In this document: positions 53,978 through 64,000 of the stretch, piece by piece
How the letters are laid out: the number at the start of each line of letters is the position of its first letter
Position numbering within the stretch: position 1 is the first letter of the stretch
Assembly: GCA_028534125.1 (NCBI GenBank)
Contig: CM052816.1
Location: forward strand, 44,766,001 to 44,830,000
Reading direction: 5' to 3'
DNA from: Lama glama
Taxonomy: Eukaryota
Length of the DNA stretch: 64,000 bases
Notes under the pieces: model-generated
Database searches by the model: none
What the model saw: the letters and a program-made list of their open reading frames with translations, nothing else
What the model was told of the DNA's origin: nothing
Position numbers and translations under genes: made by a program

Positions 53978-55757
53978 AGAAAACTTAGAATGACCCAAAG
54001 GCCATAGCTAGTCAACTTCTGGTTGTAGGAAAAACAATGACAAGAATGAGAAACTTGAAGCTGAATAAATGAATATGAAAGTGTGTATGTATGTATATAC
54101 CTTGTACCCTAAAAAGACATAATCCCAGTATAAATGACTTGGGAATTTTAATTCTCCATAAGGATGAAAAATACTGAATTGGATATTATTCAGAAAGGAA
54201 CAGGAGGATGAAGAAAATCCTCACTGTGGGGTCATGGGTTTGCTGTAAAGTCTTCCCCTTCACTTTGCTCCACAACTTCTTTACTCCAGATTCCATTCCT
54301 GATTCAGTAGATATCTATTCAGGCAGCTGAGGGGATAGAATAGGAATCATTCCACTCCCTCATAGTGAGCAAAGAAGGTAAGTAGGTAATTTCTGCCTAA
54401 ATAGTCCCAAAGAAGGCGGGGTGTAGCTGGACTAGCCACGTAATGAGCTTAGAGGTGAAAAGCCCTGGCAATTTTAGGATGATGTGAGTGCAAGGCAAAC
54501 ATATAATTACTAGACTAGAGAAGACTCTTGTTGAACTCTCACGATTTTGTTAAATATGATAAAATAAGCACTGTGTATAGGAATTTGCTCGAAAATGCTG
54601 CAGATTTATATGGTTTTTGTATCTACACATATGCATGTAGATATACTACTCTGGTGTAATAATAAAAATTTTCAAAATCCTGTTTGTTGACTTACATATT
54701 CTTCAGGCTCGCAGAATCTTAATGAACAGAAAAGTATAACCTTATTTATATCTACATCCTTAATGTTTAAAAGAATCAAAAATATACTTCATTACCAAAG
54801 AGTTAAAATTTTAAGATCAGTGTACAAATAGAGCTTAGAGAATAATGCCAAACTGTGTTTTTCCTCTTCAGTAGACAATACAAAACATGTTCACCAAAGA
54901 ACATTAGGATATACCTTCTCTCTTGCTCCCTTTTGCTTTCTTTTCCTCCCTTTTACTCCTCTGCCCTTTCTGCTTGGGTCCCTCTATCTCCTCTCAGCCT
55001 GATTCAGTCCTTGGGAGATTCTGCTACTTTCTGATTTCATTTCTTACTGTTATAATGAGGCATCAGCCTTCAAATCCAGCTTCTAGAAAGAAGAGATGAA
55101 GGTAGCAGCCTTACCAAGCTCATCCTCTTGAGGGCACATTTATGGAACAAATAAACCTTCCTACTGCTGTACTGAACCACTTCTTAAAACTGACTCCATA
55201 TCCTATTTTACTGATAGAGCATCACCCCATTTGGTTTTCCTTCCTAAAGACTGTTGAGTTGTTTCTTAGTATAACTCTGGTGCTTTCCTCTACTTACTGT
55301 GTTTTTGTTAATTTCTTCATCCTTTTCGAAAATCAATTTCTACTATCCTAGGAATCAAGATAGAAATTTGGGAGCGAAGGGAGCAGAACCCTCCACAAAT
55401 ACTACACTTGGATAAAACTAAAGACCATTATTTCTGTCTCTATGATACACTAATGCTTGATTCAATTCTTAATCACATTCTTCAATGCAACGTAAAGAAA
55501 ATATTTTCCAGATGGAAACAAAGAGGTAGAATAAGTTACACAGTTTTACTTTAATTTAACAATTTACTGATTAATAATGTCAACAAATCCAAGTCCAATT
55601 CTAACCAAAATTGCCCATTTCTGCCCTTTAGCAAACCAATGATAATTTCCCAATGATAATCAAGTGAGTTAAAAAGAGACAAATTTTTTTCTCTGTCACA
55701 GTATCCCATGGCCATTTTATTCCCTATTTGATGGCCTGCTCTGTCCTAAACTACACC

Positions 55758-55993
55758 TTTTTTTTTAACGTCTTTTTTTATTGAGTTATAGTCATTTTAC
55801 AATGTTGTGTCAAGTTCCAGTGTAGAGCACAATTTTTCAGTTATACATGAACATACATATTCATTGTCATATTTTTTTTTGCTGTGAGCTACCACAAGAA
55901 CTTGTATGTATTTCCCTGTGCTACATAGTATAATCTTGTTTATCTGTTCTACATTTTGAAATCCCAGTCTGTCTGTTCCCACCCCCAGCCCCC
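55758..55993 (-). mobile_element. Young L1 3'UTR fragment
   Basis: Poly-T then ttgagttatagtcattttacaatgttgtgtcaagttccagtgtagagcaca, same family as 36301 and 61664. Confidence 0.9.
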
Positions 55994-56175
55994 ATACATC
56001 TAACTTTTAAAAGTAAGAGCCAGATGTAAGGGAAAAAATCTACTAGCCTGTATACTTTTAGGTTAACTAGTACACTGAGCATTGTCAGTGGATTTTCATT
56101 TGATGTTTAGTAAAAGTATTTTCCAAATATATTATTCCCACTCTCTTGACCTCAGAATATTTATTCAATGAGGAA

Positions 56176-56710
56176 TGTGTTAAATTTTTTATTGCTGTGT
56201 AAGAAATTAACACAAACTAAGCTACTTAAAACAAAACTCACTTATCATCTCACAGTTTCTGTAGGTGAGAGTTTGGATTGTGCTTAACCTGGCAGTCCTT
56301 TGCTCAGGGTCTGACAGGGCAGCAAACAAGGTGTCAGCCAGAGCCAGTCTCACCTGAGGCTTGGGATCCTCTTCCAAGCTCATGTGGTCATGGGCAGAAT
56401 TCATTTATTTGTAGATGAATAACTCATTGTGACTTGCTCTTCAAAGCTAGTAGCAGAGAGCATCTCTGACTTCTAGACCCTTCCATAAACAGCTCATCTG
56501 ATTAGTTCAAGCTCACCCAGAATTCTGAATGACTTCAAGGCAATTAATTAGAGGAGTCAAAATCACATACGCAAAAACCCCTTCATATAATTTAATTTGC
56601 TCATGGGAGAAACATCCTCAGTTTAATCCTCAAGGAAAAGGGACTACACAGGACATGCCTTTCAGGGAGTAGGAATCTTAAGGGGCAACCTAGAATTCTG
56701 TCTCCTCTAT
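56176..56710 (-). mobile_element. MaLR solo LTR (MLT1D/E/F-like)
   Basis: tattgctgtgtaagaaattaacacaaact...tatcatctcacagtttctgtagg...ggcagaattcattt...gaatcttaaggggcaacctagaattctgtct. Confidence 0.85.
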
Positions 56711-59700
56711 GGAAAAAAAGTCAAATTACTTTAATAAGTCAGCAGCAGAGTTTTAGAGAAATCATTTAGCATTTAGGTATGTCACAGTCCCTTACTCTAA
56801 AACTGTTGTATTAATTTTATACCAACTTATTCCATTCTTTAATTTCAACAAAAATCTCTCTTTTCCTCTTCTCTATATTCCTCTCCCCTCTCTCACCCAA
56901 GTTTCTGGTATTACTTGTTTACACTTGCTGTGATCTGGAGCTGCTGAGAAGATGGCCTGCGAGGGCAGAACACTGGTGCTTTCACAATCTGGCACTGTGC
57001 CTCTGCCCTCATTAGTGAATGCAGTTGTGCGTATTAAAGAAATAAATCATTCAAGTGACTACTCCATGTCAGAAGTACCTTCATTTACATGAAATTAAAA
57101 CATTAATGTGGGATTTCTGGAAAAAAAAAACGTCACATTCCACTTAGAATTTTTCTCCAAAACAGTCTGCAAACATAATTTTTCATTTTCTTCTTCTTTT
57201 AAGAGATGTCCTTTTCAGAACACTAAAATAAAATTGGGATGTTTGACATTTGAGGGTAGATTGTGCAAGTCTTTTCCATTCTGGTTGATTTCAAACAAAG
57301 CCTTCAAAGCATTACTTCTAAATCACAGCCCAGGTCTCCTTTGACCAAAAATATCCAATAATCCACCCACCTACTCTACCCCTGACATCTATGGCACCTA
57401 CAAAATGTACAAAGTGAGCTTCCTAAAGAGTAAGTCCTTGTTGCTTGAATTTTTTTTTTCCTTTTATATCCATAGATTTTAGCACAACAGAAAGAGTAAG
57501 GTGCTTAATCTATATTTACTGAATAGAACTGAAGGATTCTCTTTAGCCCAACATTCAAGGTTCTCCATACATAAACTGACACACATATTTTCCAAAACGT
57601 CTCAGTTTCTGATCTTCTTCAATTCCTCCATGCCTCAGTCAGGCAGAATGTCATTATGTCCTTCATACTATAAGCATGGCACCTCTACATTTGACTTATA
57701 TCATTCTTATAAGGTCCAACTCAGTGCAATGCTACTTGATCTGCGGAAACTCTGTTGATTCAATTCACTTTCCATCCTACAAGTTGGGAGTGAAACTCTC
57801 ACCTTCCAACATTCATATTACTTTTTCTGTACCTCGATTATGGGCCTTATATGTTCTACCCACAACTGCAGTTACTTATGTTGACATTTTCCTTCTGCTG
57901 CTAGATTTTTAAGATTTTTGGGAGAGAGAGATATTTATATCTCCCACAGAGTTTGACAGTAGACTCTAAGTAAATAAATACTTTAGAGGATCAAGAAGTT
58001 CTTATTAGTATTACAAAAGCTATCTTAACGGTTAAAAATTAATTGATAATAATTTTATATCATGATATTTTCCATAACTTTAGATAATCACTTTAAAAAA
58101 TGTTACAAACTATTAATTCTCTCTCTTCTCATTACCAAAACCCTTTTGGAGATAGTAATATCTGGTGACCCACAATGTTTTTTGTTCTAGCAATGTAATT
58201 TTGAATTCTACTTATACTTATCCTACTGTTCCACCTAATTAATAGCATAAAATACAAATTATTAGGAAACGTATTCTAATAACTTAAGTATTTTAAAGCA
58301 AAATGTTATGTCATTTTTCATTTGGATACAGTATGTGATATATTCTACATTCTTTCTCATTATGTATCTCTCAACTAAAGTTTAAAATGAAATAACCCTA
58401 TTTTAGTGTCTCTGTCATTGATAATATTATGAGCCAAAGAAATTCCAAGTGACCTAATTTTTATACATTATAATTTCTGTTTTGGAATTAAAAGTCATTT
58501 TGAAAGAAAATATTTTACAAAATTTCATTAATTTAGTGGTAATTGTATATGATGATGAGGGAAAGATGAAATAGAAAACTATTGAAAATTTCTAATCAGA
58601 CTGCTGATGATCACTTTCCTTGTTTTGACCTTCCTATGGCAGATATTGAAATTGTGTTTTCTTTCTTTACAGTAAACACTTAAACATTAAGCTTATCTAA
58701 GGTGCAAAGACCTGAATAATAGAAGCAGGGAAAACTGCTAATTTATAGATTTTAAATGGAGAAAACTTGTAAATGGATTATGGAAATTTAAACATAACAA
58801 ATCAGCTTTAATCATGTAGTTAATGAACTTCTACAATTTAACTATGAACTTTTCAAATGCTGAGTTATGTTTATATTCAAAGTCAAGTACACACAAACCA
58901 AGGGTAAGTAAGAAACACATGAAAGGTCTTCAAACTACAGAATTATTAGAGGCAGAGATGTGTGCCTTGATATCCATTTCTCTTTCTATTCTCACCAGTT
59001 ACACGTAGGGTAGTCAATACATGTCCACTGAATCAACCTGTGTAGTGCCTTGGAACCAAACTACTATTTTTCAACATGATTACTACAGAGAACATATGGA
59101 GCATGAACCCTGCCCTAAAAACTCTCATCATCTCTCTCATCATTACCTGTTAAAGCATTTCATCATAGTTTGAATCCTTTATGTTAGAGGTTGGCTGAGG
59201 CCTGGAATAAAGAATGAAAATGTGACAAATGGCCACTTATTGGTCATTAACTATCATGATTAGAGCAGCCTGCCTTTCAGAGTGAGGGTCAGCATTAAGA
59301 AACGAAACCATCCTTTAGAATATCCTCTTGATAGGAATGAAGCTGTTCATTATCTGTTCATTAGGGTCCATGCCAAATAAAACACATCTCTCACACAACC
59401 CAAGTCCTAATTGTTCATTTAGTCACTGGCTTAAGTGGAAAGCAATGGATAAAGCAAGTAACTAAGCACCTGAACAATCTTCAGATCTCCATCTAAGTGC
59501 AGGAGGATATTTAACACTAACAAAATAGCTCAAGGCAAATAAGTATTAAGAACAACTCTAAGAGATCATATGTGGCACCCAGCCACATATGGAAACGTTA
59601 ATTATTGGTTCAGCTCAAAACTGCAGTAATGAGTTGCTATCTTGCCTCACTACTAAAATAATGAATATCAAACAACTGACTTCAAATGCTTGGAAAATAA

Positions 59701-60014
59701 TTCATTTTTCAAAGTTACAAGGACATAAAGCAAAGAATTAGCATGTTTAGGAAAGATGAGTAGGAAAAAATAAATCTTTTTTTTTAACTACAAGGATATA
59801 AACTAAAGAATTATCACAATTAGGAATGATGAATAGGGAAAGGAGTATAGAATATGGAGTCAGAGACCCAGATGATGGGAATGTAGAGATAACAGAAATG
59901 GATATAAATAGTGACAAACCAGTAGCAAATATCTTGATGCCAGCAGCAAGATACAGCAGGATTTTTTTCATTGGGCATTTGAGAATTCTGAGTTCTCAAA
60001 AATTTTTACAAATT

Positions 60015-60135
60015 CATTGTGTGACCTTGGAAAAATAGCTAAGTCACATGAGCCTCAGTTTCCTTATTAATAAAAAGTGATAATGCCACCTGCCTAACTT
60101 ATTGGGCTACTGGAAGGAATTAGCAAACTGCTTTA
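60015..60135 (+). mobile_element. MIR SINE core
   Basis: tgtgtgaccttggaaaaat...tgagcctcagtttccttattaataaaaagtgataatgccacctgcc. Confidence 0.8.
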
Positions 60136-61097
60136 GAAACTTGGAACAATTTTTGAAAACAAAGGCCTGGAGGAAATATAAATGACCTCACTCATCCCTT
60201 TGGCTCCAGTCCTTGAACTACTGTCAGGAGGAAAGACTTATCTGTTAGGAGAAATAATACTGAAGTAAATGTTGATGTGATCTTTGGTTTCCTGGCTTTA
60301 TTTGTTTGGGTTGTGTACTTGAGTTGCTGAACTAAGGTATAGTCTTAAAACGTCTTTTTCCTCTTTCTCCTGTTGAGAAAGCTGTTCTCCTCCCGCTCCA
60401 GGGGAGTTATCTTTTGATCCCCAGAGCTGCAAGGGCCTAGAGAAAACCAAATAAACAAACAAAAAGCTAAAGGCTTAGAGTTTTCTTAAGAGTTTCTGGT
60501 GATGATGAAAGGCAACTTTGGACTCCTTCTAAGTGGTTGTCTAGCCCAGTTCACAACAGTAGAAAAGAGGTCATAAATTCAGAGCTAAACCACATCCAGA
60601 AACTTAAAATACATATTTGGTTCTTAGATGTCTCAAAAATCTGAGAATAGGAAAAGAGAACATGAAAGTAATGGAATCCTGGGCTGTTATCTAGTCTTGC
60701 CATCTAGGCTTAAGACATTTGACTCATCCCAGGGAACCCACAGAGCATTTAACAATCCAAGGCAATAAAAATGCTGGATTAAGGAACACATTAAGGATGT
60801 AGAAGCCAGATCACTCAAGGCAGGTTAGGAGGAAAGCTGCATTCAAAAGAAAGAAGAAAATCAAAGAGGCAGCTAAATCGAAAGATGTTCTAGAAATAGC
60901 TGTCAAAAAAGGATATGATTGATAGTTTATAGGCAGCAGATAAATCAAAAAATTGACAGAAAGGCAAAAAGAAGGATCCTAACTATTGAAGGGACAAGAA
61001 ATACAGCTGCTCAAAGTCTATGACAAATAAGGGAATAGACATTCCTCAGTGACTTGAAGAACAGGGGAAGAGTTAAGATGCTCCCAAGACAAGGAGT

Positions 61098-61253
61098 CAG
61101 AACCAGCTTCATAGGAACTGACCTGTGCAGTCATACAGGGCCCTCACTTGGTTGAATGCTCTGCTGTTACCATCGTGAAATTCTTAATAAATTTTGAACA
61201 AGAAATTCTGCATTTTCATTTTGCAGTGGGCCACAAATTACACAGCCGATCTG
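61098..61253 (+). mobile_element. MER45A-like non-autonomous hAT DNA transposon
   Basis: cagaaccagcttcat...gacctgtgcagtcatacagggccc...aatgctctgctgttaccatcgtgaaattcttaataa...cattttcattttgcagtgggccacaaatta...ctg matches the MER45A consensus as I recall it; 8-bp flanks CAAGGAGT at 61090-61097 and 61255-61262. Confidence 0.85.
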
Positions 61254-61663
61254 TCAAGGAGTCTTTGGAGGTATCTTTCTGTCCCACATGTAAAACCCCT
61301 TGTAAGTTTCTTTCTGGCTATGTTACAACAATCAACTCACCACATGCTGCCTCTAGAATGAAACAATTCTCCAAAGTAGGCAAACTCTTTATGGGGAGGG
61401 CTCATAGGAACTGGCAGCAAAGATAGGGAAAGGAAATAGGGAAATAATAGCAGGAAGAAAATTGTTATAAAAGTATATTGATATTTTAAACAGAATTTCC
61501 CTTCATCTAAAAACTATCAATGCATTTATTTTCACAAATCTCCCAGGGTACAATCAATACATAAGAGAATTTTTCTAATTTTTTCTCACTAAAACAAAAA
61601 AACTTTCCAGACACAGTAATGTTACCATATTTGCGTTGATCAAACCTCAAGAAGCAGATCTGA

Positions 61664-62447
61664 ACAGCCATCATTAAAAAGTTCACAAACAATGCTGCAG
61701 AGGATGTGGAGAACAGAGAACCCTCCTACACTATTAGTGGGAATGTAGTTTGATGTATCCATTATGGAAAACAGTATGGAGATGCCTCAAAAAACTAAAA
61801 ATAGACTTACTATCTGACCCAGCAATCCCACTCCTGGGCATATATCCAGAAGGAACTTTAATTCAGAAAGATACATGCACCCTAATGTTCATAGCAGCAC
61901 TATATACAATAGCCAAGACATGGAAACAACCTAAATGTCCATCAACAGATGACTGGATAAAGAAGTTGTGGTATATTTATATCATGGAATACTACTCAGT
62001 CATAAAAAAATAAAATAATGCCATTTGCAGCAACATGGATGGACCTGGAGATCATCATTCTGAGTGAAGTAAGCCAGAAAGAGAAGAAAAAATACCATGT
62101 GTTATCACTTATATGTGGAATCTGAAAAAAAAAAGACACAAATTAACTTATTTACAAAACATAAACAGACACAGAGAAAACAAACTTACAGTTACCAGGG
62201 GGAAAGAGGGTAAGAGAAAAATTGAGAATTCCACATTTGCAGATACTATTACATACAAAATAGGTAACAAGTTTATGTTGTACAGCACAAGGAAACATAT
62301 TCTATATCTTACAGTAACCTATAGGGAAAGAGTATGAAAAGGAATATACATATATGTATATTGATAACTGAAACATTATGCTGTACACCAGAAATTGACA
62401 CATCGTAAACTGGCTATACATCAATTTAAAATAAAGGAATAAGGAAG
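61664..62447 (+). mobile_element. Young 5'-truncated L1 with perfect 13-bp TSD
   Basis: ORF 61750..62013 ([28 protein letters not shown]...WKQPKCPSTDDWIKK) is ORF2p C-terminus and downstream; GAAGCAGATCTGA at 61651-61663 and 62448-62460. Confidence 0.97.
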
Positions 62448-64000
62448 GAAGCAGATCTGATGTGGAGTTAACTGGTGTTACTGTCATGCTTCTAGTAGAG
62501 CATGACCTTCAATCAAGGATGCAACAAAAACTCAATGATGAAACATGCATGGCAAAAGACCTATTGACCTGCAGTAATCTTTTTGGACATTATCTAACCT
62601 TTCCTGTTGATATAAATGATCAAATGCTGAATAAAATTTTAGTAAGTGCTGCTTTTAGAAGAGGAGTAGCAAACAGTTCGTTTTTCACTTACTTATATTT
62701 TTCAAGTCTAGAGTAAACACAAATAAACTAGCACACTTTCCCAGGTCATAGGAATAAAAGAAAGATAGTTACAAATAGAATTCCCAATTTTTATCTTTCT
62801 TGAACATCCTTGAAAATAAAAATATATTCAACTTAAGAAGATACAGTGTATCTCTCCATATATATGCCATTCTTCTGATCACTAATAAGAGCCAGTGGGA
62901 TCCAAAGAAACATACAGCACACCTTATATGCTGAACTTTCCTAGATAACACTTTGCTAATTTAGAATTTATGTAATAATCTTCAGGTTCTCACCTTAAGT
63001 AGCACTTTAATTTCTCATAGGAAAATTAAGACTCTCTGGAAATCTTACATGCCATTTCTGTCCTTCCCATGTCAATGTGATAGCATGTAAACACATGCAA
63101 GCAACAGAAGCATTTATCATGTGCTTCACTAAAACCAAAAGAGTTCCTACAGTTATGGAGTAAACTTGGGGATGGGTCCAGACAGGGCCATGGCTGGTTC
63201 CTGGCCCTTAGGAAACAAGTACGTAAAAAGAGGTGCTCTTTGAAAATGCCTTTTAGTGTTTTACCATTATAATGTTTCTTTCCATTACACATTCCATAAT
63301 GTGTTATCAACCGTATGTTCAACATTTCCTCTTGAAGAAAGGACTGAACAAATGCCACTTCTGGGGAGCATGCCTCAGAAAATAAATTGCTCTTTCAGTT
63401 CCTCTATGTCTGTATTTCTGCCTCCGTCTTGCAAGGTTCATTGTACAGTTAAAACAATGAGCATACAACAAATAACTTTCCCAAACATCATTTGAGCAAA
63501 GGCTTGATAATGTGATAGAAACTCAGCCCAAAGGATGTGCTAATCCAGGAAGCATTTCATCAAGGAGGTCAGTCAGTCTTGACTGAGGTTTGTTTTGAAA
63601 CAAACAAGATTTTCAGCATCAACAATACTGACAGTTAAAGCAGAGTTGTCTACTAATGGTAGCAAGGTGACTTGATATGGTGTGAAAGGAAGATTTAAGG
63701 GTATAATTTACACATAGAGACACTTGACTACCTAGAGTTTGGATTTCAGTTTAACTAGCCCATTCAGTTGAGATATCTAAGGAACATCTAATTTAGGGCA
63801 TGGCCTACCAAAAATATAGGCAAACTTGATTTTACATCAGTTTGTTCTAAAACTACAGTCAGTCGCTTCCCTTTTTTATTTGTATGTTGACTAACAGAAA
63901 CCCAGTAGTTACTATTCACAAGAGGTCCTAGTAAGACTTAGAATATGCTAGATAGCAAAATCATATTATTTCGAAGTCCCTGGTAGTGTTCAAATGTGAG

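Noticed and set aside
62530..62635. ATGATGA ... CTGA resembling box C/D snoRNA boxes
   Set aside because: No terminal stem and no recognisable guide; these short motifs are common in AT-rich DNA.
63026..63358. 110-aa minus-strand ORF with an internal acceptor/donor pair (about 63048-63128)
   Set aside because: No recognisable homology or coding-like composition.
1..64000. Prokaryotic-type systems (CRISPR arrays, operons, defence islands)
   Set aside because: The sequence is mammalian and repeat-rich, with no repeat-spacer array or gene-dense region.

Overview
AT-rich, CpG-depleted placental-mammal genomic DNA, intronic or intergenic. It is probably camelid, judged by eye from a tRNA-Ala-derived SINE and a recurring lineage-specific L1 3' end; this was not checked against any database. 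I can support no intact protein-coding gene or exon. The ORFs I can recognise are decayed LINE-1 pieces and the rest look like chance ORFs. Much of the window is transposon debris: a near-full-length but 3'-truncated L1 (about 2462-8483), several young 5'-truncated L1 copies with clear target-site duplications (TSDs), old L1M, L2 and MIR copies, MaLR/ERV solo LTRs, a MER45A-like hAT element and one tRNA-Ala SINE. The most unusual feature is an end-to-end, tailless U1 snRNA retrocopy (8492-8646) sitting right at the broken 3' end of the long L1. This L1-then-U1 order is the reverse of the well-known U6-L1 chimeras. Repeat-poor islands at about 14.4-15.4 kb, 20.9-21.56 kb and 33.1-33.9 kb look like regulatory DNA. 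The 21 kb island holds a perfect 20-bp palindrome centred on a p53 half-site and a minus-strand AG|GTAGGT candidate recursive splice site. Repeat family names and most boundaries of old elements are approximate.
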